From assembly GCA_965655095.1 (NCBI GenBank), contig OZ296652.1, positions 21,638,001 to 21,702,000 of the forward strand: a stretch of 64,000 nt of DNA, given 5' to 3'. Shown one piece after another: positions 25,231 through 39,190 of this stretch; position 1 is the stretch's first letter, and each line of letters begins with the position of its first letter. The translations under genes were made by a program, and so were the position numbers. The notes under the pieces were generated by a model, which saw only the letters and a list, made by a program, of their open reading frames with translations, searched no databases and was not told where the DNA came from. The stretch is from Haplodiscus bocki (taxonomy: Eukaryota).

Positions 25231-26869
25231 ATATCTTCCATAAGAAAAATATGAAACATCTGCATAACCCTGAACTTACGGTACGTCAAAAAAAATATGA
25301 AGCATTTCTTATTATTAGGATTCTAATGTAAATTTTGAAGCCACATAGCATGAAGGCAACTATGTATTTTTGCTTGCTTTCCCTCTGCTATAAACGACAG
25401 TATGTAATTTTTAAACAACCAGATGTGCTTTCTAAAAATTACAGTAGAGCTTTTAAACGTAGCTACATCCATCGAACTCCAAAGTGCTAGACCATATCCC
25501 TGAAAATGATTTTTCTCGTTGAAGGCTCACGTATACTATGGCTTACGTGAATGATCCCGGTAAGCTCCAACCGGAGTACTGATCACCACTACAAGAGCCC
25601 TTTTTAGCGGCAAGACGGACGGAACCATAACTGAGCCGCCACACAAATTCATATGAAAACATCAGTTTGATGTTTTCAACCCAATAAGCTACTCTAACCA
25701 ATATGAACTCGACTATTATTGAAAAGAAAACACGCACCAGTGTGTAAGCAGGAAAGAATAAAGACCAATAGAGATTTCAACGGTATACATCCGAGTGGTA
25801 TGAAGAACTCATTGCGCAGTAACAAATCTGTAGAATTTGATCAATTTTCATACATGCTACGAAAACCGCCCATAGACATTAACATAGTGATTTCTTGAGT
25901 TCATCGGTTTTCATCGAAAGCATGAAAAGCGCATTGAGTAGCACTCATGGCAAATTTATTTTAATCCGTTTTCACCCAGGAAATGAAAACAGCCTGAACG
26001 TAGATGATAAGATTTTTAACCATCACTTCTCATCAATGGCAATGTAAACATTAAAGCAAACGCCACACGGCTCAACCACAGTGACGTGTAGGAAATGCAA
26101 GAGGAAAAGAAACATCGGAAATCATCCAACTTAGGACACTCAGACTTCAAAATGCAGAAAAAGAATAATAGCAAAACCTGAATATTAAACTCGAGCAAAA
26201 AGTTGACTTCCATTGCAATCAAAATCACCTAAAAACGATACGGTGTATTACTAGCAGTTTTTCGCATGCATCAAATTATATTGAGGGTATCGAAGTCTCA
26301 AGTCATGCAATGATTTTACAAAGATTAGCGCTGTATTTGATATGTAATGCAAAATAATGGATATATGCAAACTTACTGGGCTGTTTTTGATTAAATTCAA
26401 GGTTTTATGAGGGTAGCTTACAAGAATGGTGTGGAATTGAGTTCACACAATATTTAGTTATATAGCACGGCAATTGAAGAACCAAGGAAACCTCGCCAAA
26501 GGCAAAAAGTGCGTCTTTTCATCGTCACGTGACCACGCAATTCCACCAAAGCTCAACGCAAGTTTAGCACAATCAGTTGGTTAACTATTGAGTTACCGAA
26601 AAAAACCTGGATCATCTCAACGAATGACGGCAGTAGTTATAGCAATCCAAGTTGTTTGTCCATCACCTCTTGTAGTTTTTCCGTTACTTTTTAGTAATAT
26701 TAAAATCGCCTTTTGTAACCAATGTTTCTCTGGAAATCAGAGCATACTATCTTAGAAAATCATCTAAATTCATCAATAAATTCACGTCTCGGAACTTGCT
26801 TGAAAGATTTTGATTCAATCCAAACTTAGAAACAGAATCAAAGAGAAAACTGATAGAACCACAAACAAT

Positions 26870-28010
26870 GAGCGAAAACAACAGTTGCAAAGGCACTCCC
26901 GCTTTGAGTTCTCAAGAGATCAACAAAATTCAATAACCTGAAATCCGCATTTCAACGCAGGAAGAAGTTTATGAACAAATCAAGGTCGTTGTTGCACCCT
27001 CACCAGACACATAGAAAAATTTACTCGGCTCGTCCAAAGACTACCGGTCGCGTCGGATTGTTTGCCCAAGGCCGGTTACCGACGCGAGATAAAACGCGCA
27101 TGGATACTCGCCCGACATGAAGACCACTTCCAATGATAAGCCCGGACACCCACAATGAAGCTTGTTACCATAAATACAGCAAAATGTTACGTCTACCACT
27201 GAAACCAGAAAAAAACGACCAGTATGAAATTTTATTAGACGCCATCAAAACGCTTGCAGAATGAATCCAAACACACATCACCAAGTTATCACACACAAGT
27301 GCCAACTTTCAAGGGGAAGGAAATTACATTTATTGAATTTGAACACCTGATAAAAATTCACCTGCGACCGCTGAGTAACAGACTAACGGAGGAAGCAGAA
27401 CGTCAGTAATTTCAAAGCCTCTTAGTTCTCAGGAAAAGAAGCAACCGAGTTCTACCAGTCCCATGCAATCGGCACTAAAACGACAGTGAACGACGTCCTA
27501 TCACAATTCAGGAAAGAATTCATGAAAGACAGCATGAAGGTAAACCGATACAAATGGGATAACGAGAAATTCTATACTACCACCGAAACATCTACCGACT
27601 TCTTGAAACGCCTGAAGGTAATTGCTAAACTAGAGTTCCAAAACAACGCCGCGCAGTAAATGAAGAATTTTTTCTTTGGAAAACTCCCAATAACCTTACA
27701 GCAGAAAAAAAACGAACAGTAGCAAGGAGGATGCCACACCAGAAAAAAACTAGAGCTGTCCTACATACGAGACAAAAATACAACCAGTTTATGCAATTCC
27801 CGATGCCTCAACCATTCAATCAGGCAACAACGCTGAGAAAAGACAAAAATTACATTCAAAAACAACAACTGCAGTCAAGAATCAGACCAATGAAACGTTT
27901 CGAAAGCAAAACTGAAAGCTTTTACTGTGGCAAGCAAAGCTACCGATAAGCAGAATGCAGACCAAAAGCCATTGACGCAGAAAATGGGACGTTGAAGATT
28001 AAAGAAAGAC
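26870..28010 (+). pseudogene. Decayed Ty3/gypsy-like gag (LTR retrotransposon relic); no pol visible
   Basis: QVPTFKGKEITFIEFEHLIKIHLRPLSNRLTEEAERQ*FQSLL (from 27296), then DVLSQFRKEF, ETSTDFLKRLKVIA and FGKLPITLQ, and a degenerate CCHC knuckle SFYCGKQSYR*AEC (27917-27958). Confidence 0.75.
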
Positions 28011-28804
28011 TACAGAAATTAGACGATAGACAACTTTTTTCTCGACTGGGCGAGGCAAATGTGTTTTTTTACACAGCTGGTTTTTTGAAAAAAATTGGGC
28101 GGAGTTTGCAATTGATCAGACAAATTCGCCGAACTTCGCAACTCTTGAAGTATTCTGTTTGCGCGAAGTTCACAAAGTTTTGGTTGCAAAGACTGGCGGA
28201 CCAGCGAGCACAGGCTTCCGAAAAAATTGGCGTTTGTTGTCAACCTAGTCTTCAAATGAAAAAAATCTTGAAAGTTACCGAACCTTCTTTAGAACCAAAC
28301 TCCTTGTGTCAGCAAAACAGATAGCGTTTCCGGGCCGCTTGAATGTGGCAATTTATTGCAACCCGTTTGTTTTGATTTCCGTTGGTATTTACGATCGATC
28401 AACCCAAAACAATTTCAAAGGGACTCGAAACCTGGCCGGGACAATTTCTATGACTTCTATGACAGCAACAATTCAGATGTTCTGTTCTCGGAGGTAACCA
28501 CGGGATACATTTCACAGATTATAAAATCAGAAACTTGTTTCTAAATACTAAAACAAAATGCTTTAGTCGCAAAAATTTGAAATTGAGCCCTAACTCAGAT
28601 TTCCTGGACTTTTTAATATTTCATTATTTACTTTCAAGCATTTTTTTAAAAAAAATTCACTATGTTCATTCAAATATATAAAAGAAGAGCATAAATTAAC
28701 AAAGTCAGTATAAAATGGATTTAAATAAATCCATCGTTCGTTTATCAAGTAACCAAAACAAGATTGTGACCCTAGCTCGCCGAGGACTGTCTCGTTATAT
28801 TTAG

Positions 28805-30125
28805 TTACAGCGACAGATTCAAGGAAGAGATGAAATCAGCATTCCTTAGTTGGGGACAATTCGGGAACACTCTTATCATGCAATGAAGCGGAGAACTATT
28901 TTTTTGGTCTGAAAAGTTGAATTTGAGCTGCTTACCGGCCACCCACTGCTTTTCCTCCACATCATCCACGTCCAGTTCCTTGCTGATGTCCAGTTTCAAT
29001 ACCGTTTCTGCATCCACGGGACTCTAAAGCAAAAAGAGGAAAAGGATCGAAATTACATTTGAAGATTGACAAGACTGCAATTTTGTCTGACGTATGTGTT
29101 TCGCGTGGTTTCGAATTTATTTGATAAAACAGGTTTAATTTCTTTGTTGCAAATCGACACTTGATGTACATAATCCTCAAGGGTGAGACGTTTTCATTTT
29201 CACAAAACCTAATAATAGCATGGACACAGCTTGATTCATGGAAGTACATTCAAAATTTTATTTCCCGAACAAAGACAACACAATAATTGGATTCCAATTT
29301 GACTCAAGTGTTTGATGTAATGATTCAGCTGAATGAAGAGCTTTTGAAGGTATTGGCCAGTCCACAGCCAGTTTTGATTTGGTAAGTTTTAGGTTGCTTA
29401 GACGCTCCAAGTTGCTCGCTTGCTTTCATTTGATTTGGAACAAAACTTTTTTTCAAATTTTCCCCTTCAGTATTCATTTTCTTTTGAATCATTTACATTC
29501 TAAACATTTTGCAAGTACTCTTCTTTTCCTGAGAGTTTCTGACTTCATACCTACTTCCAGAAGAAAACTGAGTTTTGAAGAACTCTGACTTTCCATTTTT
29601 ATTTACTTGCTTGATTGGGTGGCACAGTTGTTGCCATGTTCGCTTTCCTCCTCAGTTGTTGATTTTTGCTGAGTTATTTTACAAAAAGACTGATAAATAC
29701 GCCTCAAGAACATTTTAGCGATCAATCTCATACTCATACTTCGATCTTGATGAAATGTTCTCCAACCTCACAAAACCGCTTCAAGAACTAGTTTTTTCAG
29801 AAGCCCAAGTTTTATTCAAATCTAAAGTTAGTTTCTCTTTTCTTTTTTTTTGCTGGGGTTACAATTTTTCTGGGTACTTCTTACTAAAGACCACAAAATT
29901 CATTGAATTGTAACCTTACCTCAAAAGTTGGATGAAGCATGCAGCCACACGGATAGACGTAATCTCGACGGTGAAGTGTTCTTTTATGATTGCCAGACAC
30001 AACCCTTATGATGATCATACTAGCATTCATCAAGGTGGAATACTGTGCATTCAGAGTACGCAAAATCAACTATCGCGCGCCAACGGTCACATTGTGCCAC
30101 GGCGTGGGACAGTGCAGAGAGCTAA
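28805..30125 (-). pseudogene. Possible decayed spliced gene (RING/coiled-coil, TRIM-like layout) with an open last exon at 29023-28805
   Basis: A strong acceptor (ccttttcctctttttgctttag) precedes an open frame SPVDAETVLKLDISKELDVDDVEEKQWVAG...SL*. Candidate donors lie at 29091 and about 29919. A K/E-rich interrupted frame lies at 29400-29700, and RING-like remnants LHCP...VL*MHSI lie near 30030-30120. The family call is weak. Confidence 0.35.
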
Positions 30126-30235
30126 CCTATATTGGTAGAAATTTAATGGGACGGCCAGTTTTCTCCGGTAAATTTTGCGCTTTCCCGTTTTGGTGAAAAT
30201 GCCCTTTAAATCAAAGCGTTTTTTTAATCATCAGT

Positions 30236-33200
30236 TTTCAACTTTAATCACGTTGGTAAAATTTTTGAGAGATAACAATGTTGTCTCTCATTGAGAGATT
30301 ATGACAACCTATTGAGGAAATGAAAAAACTTGTTAGGAAAAAGAATTGTTTGAACGAGACGTAAAGTAGGGAGACCTCTAAACTAGCACGAAATGACAGC
30401 TGGAAGAGAATAAAAACGAAAATCACGGAGAAATTTTCCATGAACTTTGACTGAATTTCCATGTGATCTTGTGAAGACTGATGGGATGGTATTCAAATTG
30501 ATACAGGTTGGACTAACAGGTCTAACACCAAAACAGATAACTTTCATCCTGCAGCGATTTGAGCGTTGCGTTTCGTTTAATTATCATGGGTCGCAAACTT
30601 TCCCAGTGATATTTGTAATTCTGCAGTCGAATGTAATGTTTCTTTCTTTTTTTTCTATAAAGTAGATATTTTCGTATGCAGCAGATTATTTTCAAGGTTT
30701 TTGACGACACATTAGTTCATTAGTTGACGACACGTAATTTTTTGTCCAAGGACAAGCTGAAAAAACACTAAGGCAAAAGGAGTACAAACCAGCCACTTTC
30801 AACTTTGAGTCACGTTGGAAAAATTATCGAGAAGAAACAATGTATTCGACTATGACAACCTAATAACCTAATGAGAAAATCAAAAAATTTGTTAGGAAAA
30901 CACTATGGCAAATGGAAAAAAAGCCAGCCACTTTCAACTTTGAGTCACGTTGGTAAAATTTTTGAGAGATAACAATGTTGTCTCTCATTGAGAGATTAAG
31001 ACAACCTATTGAGGAAATGAAAAAACTTGTTAGGAAAAAGAATTGCTTGAACGAGACGTAAAGTATGGAGACCTCTATACTAGCACGAAATGACAGCTGG
31101 AAGAGAATAAAAACGAAAGTCACGGAGAAATTTTCCTTGAACATTGACTGATTTTCCATTTGATGTTGTGAAGACTGATGGGATGGTATAGAAATTGGTA
31201 CAGATTGGACCGACATCTCCAACAGCAAAACAGATAACTTTCATCCTGCAGCGATTTGAGCGTTGCTTTTCGTTTAATTATCATGGATCGCAAACTCTCC
31301 CAGTGATAATTGAATTTCTGCAGTCAAATGTAATGTTTCTTTCTTTTTTCCTATAAAGTAGATATTTTCGTATACAGCAGAATATTTTCAAGGTTTTTGA
31401 CGACGCATAATTTTATTAGTTGACGACACGTAATATTTTGTCCAACGACAAGCTGAAAAAACACTATGACAAATGGAGTACAAACCATTCACTTTCAACA
31501 TTGAGCCTTGTCGGAAAATCTATCGAGAGGTAACAATATATTCGACTATGACAACCTAATAACCTAATGAGAAAATCAAAAAATTTGTTAGGAAAACACT
31601 ATGGCAAATGGAAAAAAAGCCAGCCATTTTCAACTTTGAGTCACGTTGGTAAGACTTTTGAGAGATAACAATGTTGTCTCTCATTGAGAGATTATGACAA
31701 CCTGTTGTGAAAATGGAAAAACCTGTTAGGAGGAAGAATTGCTTGAACGAGACGTAAAGTATGGAGACCTCTAAACTAGCACGAAATGACAGCTGGAAGA
31801 GAACAAAAACGAAAATCACCGAGAAATTTTCCATGAACATTGACTGGTTTTCCATTGGATCTTGTGAAGACTGATGGGATGGTATACAAAATACAAATTG
31901 GTACAAGTTGGACTAACAGGTCTAACACCAAAACAGATAACTTTTTTTACCTAAGGGATTTGAGCGTTTCCTTGCGTTTAATTATCTTGAATCGCAGGCC
32001 TTCCCAGTGATACTTGAAATTCTGCATTGAAATGTAGCCTTTCCTTCTTTTTCTTCTGTATATTAGTGATTTCCGTAAACAGCAGAGCATTTCCAAGACT
32101 TTCGACAACACATTAGTATTGGATGCCTCTGAAAATGTTTGCAAATTAAGAAACAGCATAAAGAAAACCTCAACAACATTCGGGAAAATAGGAGACTCTT
32201 TGACTATGGAACAAACTAACTGAAAAGTTTTGTCCGAAAACCAGCTGAAAAAACACTATGACAAATGGAGTACAAACCATTCACTTTCAACATTGAGTCT
32301 TGTTGGAAAAATTATCGAGAGGTAACAATGTATTTGACTATGACAACCTAAGGAGGAAATCAAAAAGATTGTTAGGAAAACACTATGGCAAATGGAGTAT
32401 GAACCAGCCACTTTCAACTTTGAGTCACGTTGGTAAAACTTTTGAGAGATAACAATGTTGTCTCTCATTGAGAGATTATGACAACCTACTGTGAAAATGA
32501 AAAAACCTGTTAGGAAGAAGAATTGCTTGAACGAGACGTAAAGTTTGCAGACCTCTAAACTAGCACGAAATGACAGCTGGAAGAGAATAAAAACGAAAAT
32601 CACGGAGAAATTTTCCATGATCATTGACTGATTTTCCATTTGATCTTGTGAAAACTGATGGGATGGTATACAAAATAGAAATTAGTACAAGTTGGACTAA
32701 CAGGTCTAACACCAAAACAGATAACTTTCATCCTGCAGCGATTTGAGCGTTGCTTTTCGTTTAATTATCATGGGTCGCAAACTCTCCCAGTGATAATTGA
32801 ATTTCTGCAGTCAAATGTAATGTTTCTTTCTTTTTTCCTATAAAGTAGATATTTTCGTATACAGCAGAATATTTTCAAGGTTTTTGACGACGCATAATTT
32901 TATTAGTTGACGACACGTAATATTTTGTCCAACGACAAGCTGAAAAAACACTATGACAAATGGAGTACAAACCATTCACTTTCAACATTGAGCCTTGTCG
33001 GAAAATCTATCGAGAGGTAACAATATATTCGACTATGACAACCTAATAACCTAATGAGAAAATCAAAAAATTTGTTAGGAAAACACTATGGCAAATGGAA
33101 AAAAAGCCAGCCATTTTCAACTTTGAGTCACGTTGGTAAGACTTTTGAGAGATAACAATGTTGTCTCTCATTGAGAGATTATGACAACCTGTTGTGAAAA

Positions 33201-36200
33201 TGGAAAAACCTGTTAGGAGGAAGAATTGCTTGAACGAGACGTAAAGTATGGAGACCTCTAAACTAGCACGAAATGACAGCTGGAAGAGAACAAAAACGAA
33301 AATCACCGAGAAATTTTCCATGAACATTGACTGGTTTTCCATTGGATCTTGTGAAGACTGATGGGATGGTATACAAAATACAAATTGGTACAAGTTGGAC
33401 TAACAGGTCTAACACCAAAACAGATAACTTTTTTTACCTAAGGGATTTGAGCGTTTCCTTGCGTTTAATTATCTTGAATCGCAGGCCTTCCCAGTGATAC
33501 TTGAAATTCTGCATTGAAATGTAGCCTTTCCTTCTTTTTCTTCTGTATATTAGTGATTTCCGTAAACAGCAGAGCATTTCCAAGACTTTCGACAACACAT
33601 TAGTATTGGATGCCTCTGAAAATGTTTGCAAATTAAGAAACAGCATAAAGAAAACCTCAACAACATTCGGGAAAATAGGAGACTCTTTGACTATGGAACA
33701 AACTAACTGAAAAGTTTTGTCCGAAAACCAGCTGAAAAAACACTATGACAAATGGAGTACAAACCATTCACTTTCAACATTGAGTCTTGTTGGAAAAATT
33801 ATCGAGAGGTAACAATGTATTTGACTATGACAACCTAAGGAGGAAATCAAAAAGATTGTTAGGAAAACACTATGGCAAATGGAGTATGAACCAGCCACTT
33901 TCAACTTTGAGTCACGTTGGTAAAACTTTTGAGAGATAACAATGTTGTCTCTCATTGAGAGATTATGACAACCTACTGTGAAAATGAAAAAACCTGTTAG
34001 GAAGAAGAATTGCTTGAACGAGACGTAAAGTTTGCAGACCTCTAAACTAGCACGAAATGACAGCTGCAAGAGAATAAAAACGAAAATCACGGAGAAATTT
34101 TCCATGAACATTGACTGATTTTCCAATTGATCTTGTGAAAACTGATGGGATGGTATACAAAATAGAAATTAGTACAAGTTGGACTAACAGGTCTAACACC
34201 AAAACAGATAACTTTCATCCTGCAGCGATTTGAGCGTTGCTTTTCGTTTAATTATCATGGGTCGCAAACTTTCCCAGTGATAATTGAAATTCTGCAGTCA
34301 AATGTAATGTTTCCTTCTTTATTTTCTATAAAAAGTAGTTATTTTCGTATACAGCAGATTGTTTTCAAGGTTTTTGACGACACATTAGTTCATTAGTTGA
34401 CGACACGTAATATTTTGTCCAAGGACAAGCTGAAAAAAAACTATGGCAAAAGGAGTACAAACCAGCCACTTTCAACTTTGAGTCACGTTGGAAAAATTAT
34501 CGAGAAGAAACAATGTATTCGACTATGACAACCTAATAACCTAATGAGGAAATCAAAAAATTTGTTAGGAAAACATCATGGCAAATGGAAAAAAAGCCAG
34601 CCACTTTCAACTTTGAATCACGTTGGTAAAATTTTTGAGAGATAACAATGTTGTCTCTCATTGAGAGATTATGACAACCTATTGAGGAAATGAAAAAACT
34701 TGTTAGGAAAAAGAATTGTTTGAACGAGACGTAAAGTAGGGAGACCTCTAAACTAGCACGAAATGACAGCTGGAAGAGAATAAAAACGAAAATCACGGAG
34801 AAATTTTCCATGAACTTTGACTGATTTTCCATTTGATCTTGTGAAGACTGATGGGATGGTATACAAATTGATACAGGTTGGACTAACAGGTCTAACACCA
34901 AAACAGATAACTTTCATCCTGCAGCGATTTGAGCGTTGCTTTTCGTTTAATTATCATGGGTCGCAAACTTTCCCAGTGATAACTGAAATTCTGCAGTCGA
35001 ATGTAATGTTTCTTTCTTTTTTTTCTATAAAGTAGATATTTTCGTATGCAGCAGATTATTTTCAAGGTTTTTGACGACACCTCAGTTCATTAGTTGACGA
35101 CACGTAATATTTTGTCCAAGGACAAGCTGAAAAAACACTAAGGCAAAAGGAGTACAAACCAGCCACTTACAACTTTGAGTCACGTTGGAAAAGCTATCGA
35201 GAAGAAACAATGTATTCGACTATGACAACCTAATAACCTAATGAGAAAATCAAAAAATTTGTTAGGAAAACACTATGGCAAATGGAAAAAAAGCCAGCCA
35301 CTTTCAACTTTGAGTAACGTTGGTAAAATTTTTGAGAGATAACAATGTTGTCTCTCATTGAGAGATTAAGACAACCTATTGAGGAAATGAAAAAACTTGT
35401 TAGGAAAAAGAATTGCTTGAACGAGACGTAAAGTATGGAGACCTCTATACTAGCACGAAATGACAGCTGGAAGAGAATAAAAACGAAAGTCACGGAGAAA
35501 TTTTCCTTGAACATTGACTGATTTTCCATTTGATGTTGTGAAGACTGATGGGATGGTATAGAAATTGGTACAGATTGGACTGACATCTCCAACAGCAAAA
35601 CAGATAACTTTCATCCTGCAGCGATTTGAGCGTTGCTTTTCGTTTAATTATCATGGATCGCAAACTCTCCCAGTGATAATTGAAATTCTGCAGTCAAATG
35701 TAATGTTTCTTTCTTTTTTCCTATAAAGTAGATATTTTCGTATACAGCAGAATATTTTCAAAGTTTTTGACGACGCATAATTTTATTAGTTGACGACACG
35801 TAATATTTTGTCCAACTACAAGCTGAAAAAACACTATGACAAATGGAGAACAAACCATTCACTTTCAACATTGTGCCTTGTCGGAAAATCTATCGAGAGG
35901 TAACAATATATTCGACTATGACAACCTAATAACCTAATGAGAAAATCAAAAAATTTGTTAGGAAAACACTATGGCAAATGGAAAAAAAAGCCAGCCATTT
36001 TCAACTTTGAGTCACGTTGGTAAGACTTTTGAGAGATAACAATGTTGTCTCTCATTGAGAGATTATGACAACCTGTTGTGAAAATGGAAAAACCTGTTAG
36101 GAGGAAGAATTGCTTGAACGAGACGTAAAGTATGGAGACCTCTAAACTATCACGAAATGACAGCTGGAAGAGAACAAAAACGAAAATCACTGAGAAATTT

Positions 36201-39190
36201 TCCATGAACATTGACTGGTTTTCCATTGGATCTTGTGAAGACTGATGGGATGGTATACAAAATACAAATTGGTACAAGTTGGACTAACAGGTCTAACACC
36301 AAAACAGATAACTTTTTTTACCTAAGGGATTTGAGCGTTTCCTTGCGTTTAATTATCTTGAATCGCAGGCCTTCCCAGTGATACTTGAAATTCTGCATTG
36401 AAATGTAGCCTTTCCTTCTTTTTCTTCTGTATATTAGTGATTTCCGTAAACAGCAGAGCATTTCCAAGACTTTCGACAACACATTAGTATTGGATGCCTC
36501 TGAAAATGTTTGCAAATTAAGAAACAGCATAAAGAAAACCTCAACAACATTCGGGAAAATAGGAGACTCTTTGACTATGGAACAAACTAACTGAAAAGTT
36601 TTGTCCGAAAACCAGCTGAAAAAACACTATGACAAATGGAGTACAAACCATTCACTTTCAACATTGAGTCTTGTTGGAAAAATTATCGAGAGGTAACAAT
36701 GTATTTGACTATGACAACCTAAGGAGGAAATCAAAAAGATTGTTAGGAAAACACTATGGCAAATGGAGTATGAACCAGCCACTTTCAACTTTGAGTCACG
36801 TTGGTAAAACTTTTGAGAGATAACAATGTTGTCTCTCATTGAGAGATTATGACAACCTACTGTGAAAATGAAAAAACCTGTTAGGAAGAAGAATTGCTTG
36901 AACGAGACGTAAAGTTTGCAGACCTCTAAACTAGCACGAAATGACAGCTGCAAGAGAATAAAAACGAAAATCACGGAGAAATTTTCCATGAACATTGACT
37001 GATTTTCCAATTGATCTTGTGAAAACTGATGGGATGGTATACAAAATAGAAATTAGTACAAGTTGGACTAACAGGTCTAACACCAAAACAGATAACTTTC
37101 ATCCTGCAGCGATTTGAGCGTTGCTTTTCGTTTAATTATCATGGGTCGCAAACTTTCCCAGTGATAATTGAAATTCTGCAGTCAAATGTAATGTTTCCTT
37201 CTTTATTTTCTATAAAAAGTAGTTATTTTCGTATACAGCAGATTGTTTTCAAGGTTTTTGACGACACATTAGTTCATTAGTTGACGACACGTAATATTTT
37301 GTCCAAGGACAAGCTGAAAAAAAACTATGGCAAAAGGAGTACAAACCAGCCACTTTCAACTTTGAGTCACGTTGGAAAAATTATCGAGAAGAAACAATGT
37401 ATTCGACTATGACAACCTAATAACCTAATGAGGAAATCAAAAAATTTGTTAGGAAAACATCATGGCAAATGGAAAAAAAGCCAGCCACTTTCAACTTTGA
37501 ATCACGTTGGTAAAATTTTTGAGAGATAACAATGTTGTCTCTCATTGAGAGATTATGACAACCTATTGAGGAAATGAAAAAACTTGTTAGGAAAAAGAAT
37601 TGTTTGAACGAGACGTAAAGTAGGGAGACCTCTAAACTAGCACGAAATGACAGCTGGAAGAGAATAAAAACGAAAATCACGGAGAAATTTTCCATGAACT
37701 TTGACTGATTTTCCATTTGATCTTGTGAAGACTGATGGGATGGTATACAAATTGATACAGGTTGGACTAACAGGTCTAACACCAAAACAGATAACTTTCA
37801 TCCTGCAGCGATTTGAGCGTTGCTTTTCGTTTAATTATCATGGGTCGCAAACTTTCCCAGTGATAACTGAAATTCTGCAGTCGAATGTAATGTTTCTTTC
37901 TTTTTTTTCTATAAAGTAGATATTTTCGTATGCAGCAGATTATTTTCAAGGTTTTTGACGACACCTTAGTTCATTAGTTGACGACACGTAATATTTTGTC
38001 CAAGGACAAGCTGAAAAAACACTAAGGCAAAAGGAGTACAAACCAGCCACTTTCAACTTTGAGTCACGTTGGAAAAGCTATCGAGAAGAAACAATGTATT
38101 CGACTATGACAACCTAATAACCTAATGAGAAAATCAAAAAATTTGTTAGGAAAACACTATGGCAAATGGAAAAAAAGCCAGCCACTTTCAACTTTGAGTC
38201 ACGTTGGTAAAATTTTTGAGAGATAACAATGTTGTCTCTCATTGAGAGATTAAGACAACCTATTGAGGAAATGAAAAAACTTGTTAGGAAAAAGAATTGC
38301 TTGAACGAGACGTAAAGTATGGAGACCTCTATACTAGCACGAAATGACAGCTGGAAGAGAATAAAAACGAAAGTCACGGAGAAATTTTCCTTGAACATTG
38401 ACTGATTTTCCATTTGATGTTGTGAAGACTGATGGGATGGTATAGAAATTGGTACAGATTGGACTGACATCTCCAACAGCAAAACAGATAACTTTCATCC
38501 TGCAGCGATTTGAGCGTTGCTTTTCGTTTAATTATCATGGATCGCAAACTCTCCCAGTGATAATTGAAATTCTGCAGTCAAATGTAATGTTTCTTTCTTT
38601 TTTCCTATAAAGTAGATATTTTCGTATACAGCAGAATATTTTCAAAGTTTTTGACGACGCATAATTTTATTAGTTGACGACACGTAATATTTTGTCCAAC
38701 TACAAGCTGAAAAAACACTATGACAAATGGAGAACAAACCATTCACTTTCAACATTGTGCCTTGTCGGAAAATCTATCGAGAGGTAACAATATATTCGAC
38801 TATGACAACCTAATAACCTAATGAGAAAATCAAAAAATTTGTTAGGAAAACACTATGGCAAATGGAAAAAAAGCCAGCCATTTTCAACTTTGAGTCACGT
38901 TGGTAAGACTTTTGAGAGATAACAATGTTGTCTCTCATTGAGAGATTATGACAACCTGTTGTGAAAATGGAAAAACCTGTTAGGAAGAAGAATTGCTTGA
39001 ACGAGACGTAAAGTATGGAGACCTCAAAACTAGCACGAAATGACAGCTGGAAGAGAACAAAAACGAAAATCACTGAGAAATTTTCCATGAACAATGACTG
39101 GTTTTCCATTGGATCTTGTGAAGACTGATGGGATGGTATATAAAATACAAATTGGTACAAGTTGGACTAACAGGTCTAACACCAAAACAG
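30236..39190. repeat. Higher-order repeat block P-Q-R-S-R-S-P-Q-R-S-P-Q-R' (4-mer 2884 bp plus an extra 1487-bp dimer)
   Basis: Near-identical ORF copies are offset by 1487 (31556/33043; 31947/33434) and 2884 (34533/37417; 35230/38114; 33743/36627). Diagnostic variants: aagtagggag (P), gattggac.gacatctcc (Q), 110-bp insert (R) and aagtttgcag (S). Confidence 0.92.

Noticed and set aside
28909-28935. 27-nt micro-intron gtaag...ttttcag on the minus strand
   Set aside because: It is in frame and stop-free, so read-through explains it equally well, and it is much shorter than the other introns here.
30565-30595. CENP-B box in the monomer
   Set aside because: ttcgtttaattatcatggg lacks the TTCG....A..CGGG spacing.
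34535-34560. Hammerhead ribozyme (retrozyme) core suggested by ctaatgaggaaa and ctgatgg
   Set aside because: No intact CUGAUGA core and no stem II before GAAA was found on either strand by eye.
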